A stretch of DNA of 61,534 nucleotides, the filler included, from Actinomycetales bacterium (GTDB lineage: Bacteria > Actinomycetota > Actinomycetes > Actinomycetales > CAVURS01): NCBI GenBank assembly GCA_045807245.1. It is 5 parts of 5 records of this genome, joined end to end, with 100 filler letters (N's around TTAATTAATTAA, not from the genome) between each part and the next. Parts side by side here need not be neighbours in the genome. Positions count along the whole stretch, not along the records: positions 1 to 25,738 come from JBJMHS010000019.1; 4 more parts are not named here. One strand, given 5' to 3'. The first letter of the stretch is position 1. Each line of letters opens with the position of its first letter. Below are positions 8,165 through 17,633 of this stretch, piece after piece. The position numbers and the translations under genes are program-made. The notes under the pieces were generated by a model, which was not told the DNA's origin, did not search any database, and was given only the letters and a program-made list of their open reading frames with translations.

Positions 8165-10702
8165 ATGGCCAAGGGACAGCTCCGGGTGTACCTCGGTGCT
8201 GCCCCGGGCGTGGGCAAGACTTACAAGATGCTCGAGGAGGGGCATCGGCGGCGCGACCGCGGGACCGATGTCGTGGTTGGCTACGTCGAGACGCACGGCC
8301 GCAAGCACACCGCGTCCATGCTGGCCGGGCTGGAGGTGGTGCCGCGCAAGGACATCTCCTATCGAGGCACGCAGTTCGAGGAGATGGACGTCGACGCGGT
8401 ACTGGCCCGGCGCCCGGCTGTGGCCCTCGTGGACGAGCTGGCGCACACCAACGTCCCGGGCAGCCGGAATGCCAAGCGGTGGCAGGACATCCAGCTGCTG
8501 CTCGACGCCGGGATGACCGTGATCACGAACCTGAACATCCAGCACCTCGAGTCGATCAACGACGTGGTGCGGCAGATCACCGGCGTACCCCAACGCGAGA
8601 CCGTGCCCGACGAGATGGTCCGCAGCGCCGAGCAGATCGAGCTCGTCGACATGACGCCCGAGGCGCTGCGGCGCCGGATGGCTCACGGGAACATCTACCA
8701 GCCGGACAAGGTCGACGCGGCGCTGGCCCGCTACTTCCGGGTCGGCAACCTGACGGCATTGCGTGAGCTGGCCCTCCTGTGGCTGGCCGACAAGGTCGAC
8801 GACGAGCTGGACCGTTACCGCTCGCAGCACGAGATCACCGCCGCCTGGGAGACCAGGGAGCGGGTCGTCGTGGCCCTCACGGGAGGTCCCGAGGGCGACA
8901 CCCTGGTCCGCCGGGCGGCCCGGATCGCGGCTCGGGTCAAGGGCGCCGACCTGCTCGGCGTCCATGTGACCCGCAGCGACGGGCTCGTCGGCGCCGATCC
9001 CGCGAACCTGGCCCGTCAGCGCACGCTGGTGGAGAGCCTCGGTGGCACGTACCACCAGGTGGTCGGCACCGACGTCGCCGACGCGCTGCTCGACTTCGCG
9101 CGCGGCGTTAATGCCACCGAGCTCGTGCTCGGGGTGAGCCGGCGCCGGCGGCTCACCCAGCTGCTGTCACCGGGCGTCGGCCTGACGGCGGTGCGGCAGT
9201 CGGGTCCGATCGACGTGCACCTGGTGACCCACGAAGAGGTCAACCGCGGACGCCCGCACGGTGGTTCGACCAGCGCCCTGAGCCGCACCCGCCAGGTCTA
9301 CGGCTACGCACTCGGTCTGGCCGGTCTGCCCCTGCTCACGCTGGTCGTGTCGTGGTTGCGCAGCGACCTGACGCTGCCGAGCGCCATCCTGCTGTACCTC
9401 GCTGCCGTCGTCGGCGTCGCGCTGGTCGGCGGCTTGTTCCCGGCGATCCTGGCGGCGCTCGCCGCCTCGCTGCTGCTCAACTTCTTCTTCACTCCACCGA
9501 TCCACACGTTCACCATCGCCGAGCACGAGAACCTGCTTGCGCTCGTGGTGTTCGTCGCTGTCGCGATCTCGGTGAGCATCACCGTCGACCGGGCCGCCCG
9601 CCGTACCCGCGAGGCCGCGAGCGCACGCGCCGAGGCCGAGACGCTGTCGACCCTCGCCGGCAGCGTCCTGCGCGGTGCGCGGCCACTGACGGCCTTGCTG
9701 GACCAGCTGCGTGAGGCTCTCGGCTTCACCAGCGTGACCCTGCTGGAGCGGCGAGCGGATGCGCGACCCGGTCCGGATCTCTGGCGCGACTCCGGAGCGT
9801 GGCGGGTCGCCGCGGCAGTAGGGGACCAGCCGTGCGCCAACCCAGGCGAAGGCGACGCGGAGATCCTTGTCGACGAACAAGTCTCTCTTGTCCTGCGTGG
9901 TCATCCACTTGCTGCAGAGGACCGCCGCATGGCGGAGGCGTTCGCCGCCCAGGCCGCGGTCGCCCTGCGTCACGAACGGCTGGCCGAGGAGGCCGCTGCG
10001 GCCGCTCCCCTGGCCGCTGCGGACCGGCTCCGAACCGCCCTGCTGTCCGCCGTGAGCCACGACCTGCGCACACCGCTCGCGTCGGCGAAGGCAGCAGTCG
10101 GCGGGCTGCGTGGCCCGGCCGAGTTCAGTGCCGAGGACCGCGAGGAGCTGCTGGAGACGGTGGAGCAGTCGCTTGACCGGCTGAACCGGCTGGTCGACAA
10201 CCTGCTCGACATGAGCCGGCTGCAGGCTGGTGCGCTGGCCATGACACCGCAGTCGATGAGTGTGGCGGAGACGGTGGCCACAGGTCTGGACGACGTGGGC
10301 GAGGAGGGACACAGCGTCGAGGTCCGGCTGCCGGACGACCTGCCGGAGGTGCACGCGGACCCGGTACTCGTCGAGCGCATCCTGGTCAACGTCGTACGCA
10401 ACGCAATCCGCCACAGTCCCAACGGTTCTGCGCCAATCATCACCGGCAGCGAGCTGTCCGACTTCGTGGAGATCCGGGTCATCGACACTGGCCCGGGGAT
10501 TCCCGCGGAGCAGTGGCAGGCGGTCTTCGTGCCGTTCCAGCGCCTGGGTGACTTCGACAACGAGACGGGTGTCGGGCTGGGGTTGGCACTGTCCCGCGGC
10601 CTGGCCGAGGCGATGGGTGGGACGTTGGTCCCCGAAGCCACGCCGGGCGGTGGGCTGACGATGACGTTGCGACTGCCTCAGGCCGAGGCGGTCACCTCAT
10701 GA
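8165..10702 (+). CDS. kdpD: Sensor histidine kinase KdpD
   Basis: GAAPGVGKTY, VDELAHTN and NIQHLES of the KdpD domain; Usp domain; 4 TM; SHDLRTPL H-box; HATPase. Confidence 0.97.
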   Translation: MAKGQLRVYLGAAPGVGKTYKMLEEGHRRRDRGTDVVVGYVETHGRKHTASMLAGLEVVPRKDISYRGTQFEEMDVDAVLARRPAVALVDELAHTNVPGSRNAKRWQDIQLLLDAGMTVITNLNIQHLESINDVVRQITGVPQRETVPDEMVRSAEQIELVDMTPEALRRRMAHGNIYQPDKVDAALARYFRVGNLTALRELALLWLADKVDDELDRYRSQHEITAAWETRERVVVALTGGPEGDTLVRRAARIAARVKGADLLGVHVTRSDGLVGADPANLARQRTLVESLGGTYHQVVGTDVADALLDFARGVNATELVLGVSRRRRLTQLLSPGVGLTAVRQSGPIDVHLVTHEEVNRGRPHGGSTSALSRTRQVYGYALGLAGLPLLTLVVSWLRSDLTLPSAILLYLAAVVGVALVGGLFPAILAALAASLLLNFFFTPPIHTFTIAEHENLLALVVFVAVAISVSITVDRAARRTREAASARAEAETLSTLAGSVLRGARPLTALLDQLREALGFTSVTLLERRADARPGPDLWRDSGAWRVAAAVGDQPCANPGEGDAEILVDEQVSLVLRGHPLAAEDRRMAEAFAAQAAVALRHERLAEEAAAAAPLAAADRLRTALLSAVSHDLRTPLASAKAAVGGLRGPAEFSAEDREELLETVEQSLDRLNRLVDNLLDMSRLQAGALAMTPQSMSVAETVATGLDDVGEEGHSVEVRLPDDLPEVHADPVLVERILVNVVRNAIRHSPNGSAPIITGSELSDFVEIRVIDTGPGIPAEQWQAVFVPFQRLGDFDNETGVGLGLALSRGLAEAMGGTLVPEATPGGGLTMTLRLPQAEAVTS

Positions 10703-11430
10703 TCCGCGTGCTGGTCGTCGATGACGAGCCGCAGATCCTGCGGGCGCTGCGGATCAACCTGGCGGCGCGCCAGTACGACGTGGTGACCGCGAGTACGGCG
10801 ATGTCGGCGCTGCGGTCGGTGAAGGAGGAGCACCCGGACCTCGTCGTCCTCGACCTCGGGCTGCCGGACCTCGACGGCGTGGAGGTGATCCGCCGGCTGC
10901 GAGCCTGGACGAAGGTGCCGATCATCGTGCTGTCCGGCCGGATGGAGAGCCAACAGAAGGTCGCCGCGCTCGACGCCGGTGCCGAGGACTACGTGACGAA
11001 GCCGTTCAGCGTCGAGGAGCTGTTGGCCCGGGTCCGGGTCGCGACGCGGGACCGCAGCGACGGTGCCTTGCCATCGTCCGTGCGGATCGGCCGGCATACG
11101 GTCGACCTGGTCAACCACGTCGTCCGCGTCGACGGCGACTCGGCGGGCGGCGACTCGGCGGGCGGTGACTCGGCGGACGGTGACTCCCCGGACGGTGTCG
11201 TCCACCTCACCCGCACCGAGTGGCAGCTGCTCGAGGCCGTCGTCAGCGAGCCGGGCAAGCTGGTCGAGCAGCGGTACCTCCTGGAGAAGGTGTGGGGCCC
11301 GACGTACCGGACGGAGACGCAGTACGTACGGCAGTACATGGCCCAGCTGCGGCGCAAGCTCGAGGACGAGCCGGCGCGGCCCAGGCACCTGCTCACCGAG
11401 CCGGGCATGGGATACCGCTTCCAGCCCTGA
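10699..11430 (+). CDS. kdpE: Response regulator KdpE
   Basis: VVDDEPQI, LDLGLPD, YMAQLRRKLE.EPARPRHLLTEPGMGYRF; overlaps the kdpD stop. Confidence 0.95.
   Translation: MIRVLVVDDEPQILRALRINLAARQYDVVTASTAMSALRSVKEEHPDLVVLDLGLPDLDGVEVIRRLRAWTKVPIIVLSGRMESQQKVAALDAGAEDYVTKPFSVEELLARVRVATRDRSDGALPSSVRIGRHTVDLVNHVVRVDGDSAGGDSAGGDSADGDSPDGVVHLTRTEWQLLEAVVSEPGKLVEQRYLLEKVWGPTYRTETQYVRQYMAQLRRKLEDEPARPRHLLTEPGMGYRFQP
11134..11193 (+). repeat. 4 x 15-bp in-frame tandem repeat in kdpE (GDSAG-GDSAG-GDSAD-GDSPD)
   Basis: ggcgactcggcgggc x2, ggtgactcggcggac, ggtgactccccggac. Confidence 0.9.
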
Positions 11431-11444
11431 CTAGCGTCTGAGGT

Positions 11445-12305
11445 GTGCACGAAGGAGACCTGCGACTGGACGACGGCCGGACGGTGCACTGGTACGACAC
11501 GGGACCGCCGGACGGCGTCGAGGATCCGCTCGTCGTCTACTGGCACCACGGCACGCCGAACATCGGCTCGCCGCCGGCGCCGCTGTTCGACCTCTCGCAC
11601 CGGCTCGGGGTCCGCTGGGTCTCGCACGACCGACCGGGCTACGGCGGCTCGACCCCGCAGCCGGGCCGCACCATCGCCGACGTCGTACCCGACGTTGTCG
11701 CGGTGACCGCGGCGCTCGGCGTGGACCGGTTCGCCGTGATGGGCCACTCGGGCGGAGGACCGCCCGCGCTGGCCTGCGCGGCTCTGCTGCCCGACCGGGT
11801 GCAGGCCGTCGCGGTCGGATCGAGCCTCGCGCCGTACGACGCATCGACCGCTGGCGGCGGGTTGGACTGGTTCGCCGGCATGGCGGACGAGGGACCGCTG
11901 CGTGCCGCGCTCGCCGGCCGCGCGACCAAGGAGGCGTACGAGGCGACCGGCACCGAAGGCATGCCCGGCTTCATCGACGCCGACTGGCAGGCGCTCGACG
12001 GTGAGTGGTCCTGGTTCGGTCAGGTGGTGCCGCCGGCCACGGTGAACGGGCCCGCGCCGCTCATCGACGACGACCTGTCGTACGTCGCGCCGTGGGGATT
12101 CGACGTCCGCGAGGTGCGCGCGCCGGTGCTCGTGTTGCACGGCTCGGGCGACGGCGTGGTGCCGGCGTCGCACGGCGAGTGGCTCGCGCGCCACCTGCCG
12201 GACGCCGAGCTGTGGCTGCGTCCTGGCGCGGGCCACGTCTCCGTGCTGGCCGAAGCCGGGGACGCGCTCGACGGGCTGGTGCGCCACAGCGTCACGGACA
12301 GGTAA
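11445..12305 (+). CDS. Alpha/beta fold hydrolase
   Basis: HHGTP, DRPGYGGS, GHSGGG nucleophile elbow, HG..D, GAGH. Confidence 0.92.
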   Translation: MHEGDLRLDDGRTVHWYDTGPPDGVEDPLVVYWHHGTPNIGSPPAPLFDLSHRLGVRWVSHDRPGYGGSTPQPGRTIADVVPDVVAVTAALGVDRFAVMGHSGGGPPALACAALLPDRVQAVAVGSSLAPYDASTAGGGLDWFAGMADEGPLRAALAGRATKEAYEATGTEGMPGFIDADWQALDGEWSWFGQVVPPATVNGPAPLIDDDLSYVAPWGFDVREVRAPVLVLHGSGDGVVPASHGEWLARHLPDAELWLRPGAGHVSVLAEAGDALDGLVRHSVTDR

Positions 12306-12344
12306 GACTTTCGGCAACGCTGCGTCACGTGCCATGATCCCAGC

Positions 12345-14123
12345 GTGGGGCCTCGCATCTGGGGGCGAGCATCGGTCTCCTACGCATTTGGCCTGTCGCT
12401 GGCCTTCCTGGGCCTGGTGGCGGGTCTGCTCGTGTTCGTCATCATGAGCTTCTGGCCGTTCCCATCGCCGGTCGGGCGTGACTGGTACGCCTACGGGCTC
12501 TACCTCGCCTGTGTGTCGCACATCGGCTCGGGACTTCTGTTGTGGTGGTTCCGGCCGACCAACCGGCTCGGGCCTCTGCTGGTCGCTGTCGGCTGTGTCT
12601 GGCTTCTCGTCGGCCTGGACACCTCGAGCAACATGACGGTGGCGGGCTTCGGCTTCATCTTCGCGAGCGCTCCGGCGGCCATCGTTTGGCACATCCTGCT
12701 CGCCTTTCCCAACGGCCAGCTCCAGACGCGTTGGGCGCGCGCGGTGGTCTTCGCCAACTGGTTCTCCCATGTGGTTCTCTGGGTCCCGCAGTGGCTCTAT
12801 AACCCCGGGACCCCCTGGGCCATCGGCGACAACCTGCACATCGCTCACACCTGGCACAACATCGAGTTGTATGTCGTGACCATCCCCCTCAGCATCGTCG
12901 GCGTAGCGATCTTGGTCAGTCGGATCCGCCGGACGGACGCCAGAGTGCGCTGGGTGCTCTGGCCGCTCCACGGGTACGGCGTCTTCGCCGCCTTTGCGGT
13001 GCCGGTGACGTACGACGTGCTCGGTCCCGATCTCGGTTTGGATGCGACGACGGTCACTGGCATCCAGCTCTACACGGTCGCGATCGTGCCCATCTTCTTT
13101 GCTGCTGCGGCGTTGAGCCCAGCGTTCGGGCGGATGGGGCAGGTAGACGAGCTCGCCGCGAGGCTGGGCCAGCGCGCCCGTTCGGAGCGCGACCTGCAGC
13201 AGGAGCTGAGCCGCACGTTGGGCGACCCGACCTTGCAGTTGCTGTTCTGGCTGGACGACGCAGGTCGCTACGTGAACGCCGAGGACGCGGTTGTGGAGCT
13301 ACCGGCGCCCGACGACGATGAGCGAGGCGTCGTACCGATCGACGTCGCAGACCGCCGCGTCGGCGCGATTGTCTACAACCGCGTGCTCATTGCAGAACCG
13401 GCGCCGGTCGAGGCGGCGGCCCAGGTCGTGGCGCTCTCGGTGGACCGCGAACGTCTGCTGGCAGACCTGCGGGCCAGCGAGGATGCGCTGCGTCAGTCGC
13501 GCACCCGCATCGTCGAGGCGGGAGACGCAGAACGGCGCCGGTTCGCGCGCAGCCTGCATGACAGCGTTCAGGGGCAGCTGGTGCTGCTGGGCCTCCAGGC
13601 GCGCTCCTTGGCCGACGACCCGGCAGCACCGAAGTCCGTGCGGGCCGAGGCGCTGGCCCTGTGGTCGGGCATCGACGCCGCGGCCTCCGACCTGCGCCAG
13701 CAGGTGCACACGGTCATGCCGGCCGCCCTGCTCGAGCGCGGCCTGGTCGCGGCGATCGAGGACTACGTCGACCGGATGCCCGCCCACACCACCCTGACCG
13801 TGGGCGATCTCAGCGATCATCTGCCGACCGTCGTCCAGACGACGGCGTACTTCATCGTCGTGGAGTCCCTGACCAATGCCATGAAGTACGCCCACGCTTC
13901 GCGGATCTCGGTCGTGCTGGACGAGACGGAGGCGGGGCTGGTGGTCACCGTGGAGGACGACGGCGTAGGCGGCGCCGGTACGGCGGGCGGCTCAGGGCTG
14001 AGCGGGCTCAGCGACCGCGCCGAGGCCCTCGGCGGGCGGCTGACCTTCGAGAGCGTCGCCGGGTGCGGCACCCGGCTGACCGCCGTACTGCCCAGCGAGC
14101 CGGTCGGCAGCGCGCGCCGCTGA
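12345..14123 (+). CDS. Membrane-bound HisKA_3 (NarX/DesK-type) sensor histidine kinase
   Basis: Multi-TM N-terminus; ERRRFARSLHDSVQ H-box; ESLTNAMKYA; DDGVGGA; GSGLSGL. Confidence 0.88.
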   Translation: MGPRIWGRASVSYAFGLSLAFLGLVAGLLVFVIMSFWPFPSPVGRDWYAYGLYLACVSHIGSGLLLWWFRPTNRLGPLLVAVGCVWLLVGLDTSSNMTVAGFGFIFASAPAAIVWHILLAFPNGQLQTRWARAVVFANWFSHVVLWVPQWLYNPGTPWAIGDNLHIAHTWHNIELYVVTIPLSIVGVAILVSRIRRTDARVRWVLWPLHGYGVFAAFAVPVTYDVLGPDLGLDATTVTGIQLYTVAIVPIFFAAAALSPAFGRMGQVDELAARLGQRARSERDLQQELSRTLGDPTLQLLFWLDDAGRYVNAEDAVVELPAPDDDERGVVPIDVADRRVGAIVYNRVLIAEPAPVEAAAQVVALSVDRERLLADLRASEDALRQSRTRIVEAGDAERRRFARSLHDSVQGQLVLLGLQARSLADDPAAPKSVRAEALALWSGIDAAASDLRQQVHTVMPAALLERGLVAAIEDYVDRMPAHTTLTVGDLSDHLPTVVQTTAYFIVVESLTNAMKYAHASRISVVLDETEAGLVVTVEDDGVGGAGTAGGSGLSGLSDRAEALGGRLTFESVAGCGTRLTAVLPSEPVGSARR

Positions 14124-14146
14124 CCGTGGCTCGGCCGGCTGACGGC

Positions 14147-14881
14147 TCAGAGCAGCTGCTGGCCGCCGTCGATGTCGAACGTCGCGCCGGTGAGCGCGGT
14201 GTTCGTCATGACGTGAACCGCAAGCGCTGCAACGTCTTCCGGCTGCACGACGCGGCCGATCGGCAACGTGTCGCGCAGCTGTTGCCGCCGGGCTTCCAGG
14301 TCTTCGCCGAGCAGCTGGGCCGAGAGCGGAGTGTCGACGAATCCGGCGGCGAGGACGTTGACCCGCACCGGCGCCAGCTCGACGGCGAGGACGCGGGCCA
14401 GGGCCGGAAGTGCCGCCGTCATCGCGCCGATCACGGCGAAGCCCGGCTCCGCCCTGCGGCCGCCGGTGCCGCTCATGAAGAGCAACGTGCCGCCGGGCCG
14501 CATATGTGGTGCGGCCGTGCGGGCCAGGTGCAGGTGGCCGACGATGTGGTCGTCGACGTCCGCGCGGGCGCGGTCGAGGTCGATCTCGGCCAGCGGTGCG
14601 TAGTACGGGCCGGCGCCCGTCAGGAGCAGATGGTCGAACGGCTCGTCCAGCCCGGCGAGGAACGCCTCAAGCTGCCCGAGGTCCGTGGCGTCGAAGGCCG
14701 CAGTGTCCTTGGCGCCCACCTCACGGGCGGCCGCCTCGAGCCGCTCGGAACCCCGTCCGGTGAGGATCACGTCGGCTCCGGCGGCCCGGGCCAGCCGCGC
14801 AGTGGCCAGGCCGATGCCGGCGCTCGCGCCGATGAGGACGACGACCTGACCCTCGAGGGGCTCTTCCTGGTTCTCCGCCAT
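14147..14881 (-). CDS. SDR family oxidoreductase
   Basis: GASAGIG, ELAPVRVN..AAGFVDT, TGATFDIDGG. Confidence 0.92.
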   Translation of the reverse strand: MAENQEEPLEGQVVVLIGASAGIGLATARLARAAGADVILTGRGSERLEAAAREVGAKDTAAFDATDLGQLEAFLAGLDEPFDHLLLTGAGPYYAPLAEIDLDRARADVDDHIVGHLHLARTAAPHMRPGGTLLFMSGTGGRRAEPGFAVIGAMTAALPALARVLAVELAPVRVNVLAAGFVDTPLSAQLLGEDLEARRQQLRDTLPIGRVVQPEDVAALAVHVMTNTALTGATFDIDGGQQLL

Positions 14882-14957
14882 GGACGTAGCCTGCCGGTTG
14901 GCCCGTGCTCGCGCCCGTGGCCCCCGCGGCGGCGCCGATCGAGACAAGGACTCCGAT

Positions 14958-15575
14958 ATGGACATGAAGCTCGAAGTCGTGGTGATCCCGGTCTCCGACG
15001 TGGACCGGTCCTTGCAGTTCTACAAGACGCTCGGCTGGCGCGTGGACGCGGACCTCGTGGTGACCGAGGCGTACCGCGTGGTCCAGGTGACCCCGCCCGG
15101 TTCCCCCGCCTCGGTCATCTTCGGCACCGGTGTCTCGTCGGCTGCGCCCGGTTCGAGCCAGGGTCTGCAGCTGGTCGTCGACGACATCGACGCGGCGCGG
15201 GCCGACCTGGTCGAGCAGGGCGCTGACGTTAGCGAGGTCTTCCACGACTCGACCGGGATCTTCCACCACGCAGGCAGCAACGAGCGCGTGGCCGGACCGG
15301 CGCCCGAGCATGGCAGCTACGGCTCGTTCCTCTCCTTCAGCGACCCGGACGGCAACGGCTGGATCCTGCAGGAGGTGACGACCCGGCTGCCGGGTCGCGT
15401 CGACCCGGCCACCGCGACGTACGCGTCGGTCAGCGACGTCGCATCGGCGCTGCGTCGGGCCGCGGCCGCGCACGGCGAGCACGAGGCCCGCACCGGCGAG
15501 GCCGACCCGAACTGGCCCGACTGGTACGCCGCATACATGGTCGCCGAGCAGTCCGGGACCGGGCTGCCGACCTGA
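14958..15575 (+). CDS. VOC/glyoxalase family protein with C-terminal extension
   Basis: MKLEVVVIPVSDVDRS..FY, QVTPPGS, FSDPDGNGWILQE; AAGGA RBS. Confidence 0.92.
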   Translation: MDMKLEVVVIPVSDVDRSLQFYKTLGWRVDADLVVTEAYRVVQVTPPGSPASVIFGTGVSSAAPGSSQGLQLVVDDIDAARADLVEQGADVSEVFHDSTGIFHHAGSNERVAGPAPEHGSYGSFLSFSDPDGNGWILQEVTTRLPGRVDPATATYASVSDVASALRRAAAAHGEHEARTGEADPNWPDWYAAYMVAEQSGTGLPT

Positions 15576-15590
15576 CGCCTGCGACCTGCG

Positions 15591-16106
15591 TCAGTCGCGG
15601 CGCGCGACGAGCGTCTGGTACAGCGGGGTGAGCGTCGTCCAGCGGTCCCGCCAGTCGCTGGCGGGTCGCCGGCCCACCTCGGCTGCGAGGTCCTCGAGGT
15701 GCGCCTGCCAGCCCGCGCCGTGGAACGGCAGCACGTCGATCGGCAGGCCGCGGTCGTGGACCACGAGCCGGGTCCGCTCGCCCTCTGCGGTGAGCTGGGC
15801 CTCGAGGACCGTCTCCTCTTCGGTGCCCGCGTGCCACGTGACCAGCAGCCGATGAGGGGCGTCGCAGACGTCGATGCGCCCCGGGCCTTCCCAGGTGCTG
15901 GTGAAGCGGGCGTTGACTCGGCCGCCCAGGCTCAGCTCACCCTCCACTGAGGCGATCCATCGCTCGAGCCGGTCCGGCTCCGTGAGGCAGGACCACAGGT
16001 CCTGGATGTCGGTCTCGTAGACGTCCTCGACCCGGACCGTCCCTTTGCCGTCGCCGGTGTCGTGGAGGCTCCCCACGATGCGTACGTCGGACGCAGCGTC
16101 TGTCAT
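15591..16106 (-). CDS. SRPBCC/AHSA1 family protein
   Basis: DLWSCLTEPDRLERW, C..PHRLLVTW, GAGWQAHLE. Confidence 0.88.
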   Translation of the reverse strand: MTDAASDVRIVGSLHDTGDGKGTVRVEDVYETDIQDLWSCLTEPDRLERWIASVEGELSLGGRVNARFTSTWEGPGRIDVCDAPHRLLVTWHAGTEEETVLEAQLTAEGERTRLVVHDRGLPIDVLPFHGAGWQAHLEDLAAEVGRRPASDWRDRWTTLTPLYQTLVARRD

Positions 16107-16429
16107 TGCCTTGCCTTTCTCTCGCGTTTCCCACGCGCCACTTCGGTGCGCAGGGCATCCATCCGGTTCTGCCAGAGGGCGCGGTATCCGCCGAGCCAGG
16201 TGTCGACCTCCACGAGGGGCTCGACCCGCAAGGTGTAGACCCGCCGCTGAGCCTCCTTGCGTACGTCGACCAGCCCCGCTTCACGCAGCACCCGCAGGTG
16301 CCGGGACACCCCGGGCCGGGCGATGGGCAGCAGCTCGGCCAGCTCGCCGGCGGTGGCCGGTCGCTGCCGAAGCGTCTCGAGCACCGTCCGCCGGCTCTCG
16401 TCCGAGAGTGCGTGCAGCACCGCGTCCAT
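16103..16429 (-). CDS. ArsR/SmtB family regulator
   Basis: ALSDESRRTVL...VSRHLRVLREAGLV...QRRVY. Confidence 0.92.
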   Translation of the reverse strand: MDAVLHALSDESRRTVLETLRQRPATAGELAELLPIARPGVSRHLRVLREAGLVDVRKEAQRRVYTLRVEPLVEVDTWLGGYRALWQNRMDALRTEVARGKRERKARQ

Positions 16430-16438
16430 GCGATCAAT

Positions 16439-16470
16439 GTACCCATCTGGATACGTAACCTGCAAGGTAC
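16439..16470. promoter_or_regulatory. Tandem imperfect palindromes overlapping the ArsR promoter (probable autoregulatory operator)
   Basis: gtacccatctggatac + gtaacctgcaaggtac, adjacent to a minus-strand TACATT -10. Confidence 0.5.
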
Positions 16471-16473
16471 GCA

Positions 16474-16517
16474 CCCGAGGCCGGGCGCGCCTGGGCCCAG
16501 GCGCGCCCGGCCTCGGG
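16474..16517. terminator. Perfect 44-bp palindrome downstream of the DUF4386 gene
   Basis: cccgaggccgggcgcgcctggg|cccaggcgcgcccggcctcggg. Confidence 0.7.
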
Positions 16518-16534
16518 CGTTGTGTCGATGCCGA

Positions 16535-17311
16535 TCAGGTTGCGGTGGCCACCACGTCCTCGAGCGCTGCGACTGCCGCCGGGCGGAAGCCCTTGACGGT
16601 CATCCACAGGCCGACCGACAACTCCCAGGCGGCGATGGGGAAGGCGAACAGGGCACCCAACGACGAAGTCTGGTCCCATACGCCGAAGATCGTCGCCGTG
16701 GCCGAGATCAGGATGAGCGGGGCGCCGATCAGGCCGACGGTCGGGATCAGGCGCGGGACCAGACCGGACTTGTACATGACGTAGCCCAGGAACAGCGCGT
16801 TGATGCCCGGGATGACGCCCGGCCCGACCAGGAACGTCCACTGGCGCAGCGACACCAGGGCCTGCCCGGTGACGTTCAGCGCATCCGCCTGGGCGCCCGT
16901 CGCGCCGGCCAGCTCGCCGCGCAGCGTGATGGCAGCCAGCAGAGCGACGACACCGACGGCGATGAGCGCGCCCTCGACGACGCGGGACGTGACGTATCCG
17001 ATCGCAGCGGTCCGGCTGACCCGTCGAGTGATCGGGTACAGCGCGACCGCGGTGCCGATGGTCGAGGCCGCCGTGACGAGCTCGAGCCACAGACCGACTC
17101 GGACCGGAGTGAGGCTGCCGGCGCCGTTGATGAACGCCACCGGGTCGTTGACCAGGTCCGCGAACAGCTTGAGCTGCGGGATGGAGGCGGCGAACGTGAC
17201 GAGGTACAGCACGCCGCCGGCCAGCGCCACCTTTCGGGCCCAGTCCATGCCTCGTGCCGGTGTCCCGGAACCGCTCGCGGCCCTCGGTGCCGTGTCGGTG
17301 TGTGTACTCAT
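16535..17311 (-). CDS. DUF4386 family membrane protein
   Basis: AGGVLYLVTF..SIP, IGTAVALYP, SRVVE, SGLVPR, WELS.GLW...KGF. Confidence 0.85.
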   Translation of the reverse strand: MSTHTDTAPRAASGSGTPARGMDWARKVALAGGVLYLVTFAASIPQLKLFADLVNDPVAFINGAGSLTPVRVGLWLELVTAASTIGTAVALYPITRRVSRTAAIGYVTSRVVEGALIAVGVVALLAAITLRGELAGATGAQADALNVTGQALVSLRQWTFLVGPGVIPGINALFLGYVMYKSGLVPRLIPTVGLIGAPLILISATATIFGVWDQTSSLGALFAFPIAAWELSVGLWMTVKGFRPAAVAALEDVVATAT

Positions 17312-17529
17312 GACGTGCTCCTTTCGATCAGGCGGACGGAGATGAGCGGTACGCCGAGATCGCCGAGTGCGCGGATGATGCCGTGCAGTGCGGACTGGTC
17401 CGCGACGGGGCCACTGATGACGGTGGTGCCGTCGTCCTGCGCCGTCAGGGTCATCCCGTCGAACCGGATGGTCCACCGCGCGGCGAGGTGCCCGCGCACT
17501 CGGATCTCGTACCGTGCCGTGTCGTTCAT
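17308..17529 (-). CDS. Conserved small ACT-like hypothetical protein
   Basis: YEIRVRGHL..RW...FDG...T.ISGPVADQSALHG...LG..LISV pattern; coupled to the DUF4386 gene. Confidence 0.8.
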   Translation of the reverse strand: MNDTARYEIRVRGHLAARWTIRFDGMTLTAQDDGTTVISGPVADQSALHGIIRALGDLGVPLISVRLIERSTS

Positions 17530-17564
17530 GGGCGAACCGTCGCCGTTGACCTGGTGACGCGTCA

Positions 17565-17580
17565 TCACCACATGTGGTGA
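17565..17580. promoter_or_regulatory. Perfect 16-bp palindrome TCACCACATGTGGTGA (candidate operator)
   Basis: Lies between the MalT-like regulator and its downstream operon; extra GGTGA half-sites on both sides. Confidence 0.6.
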
Positions 17581-17633
17581 CTGCGGTGGTGAACTTGTGC
17601 CGGCGGCGCTGGCGGGTCAGCGGCGCCCTGCCG

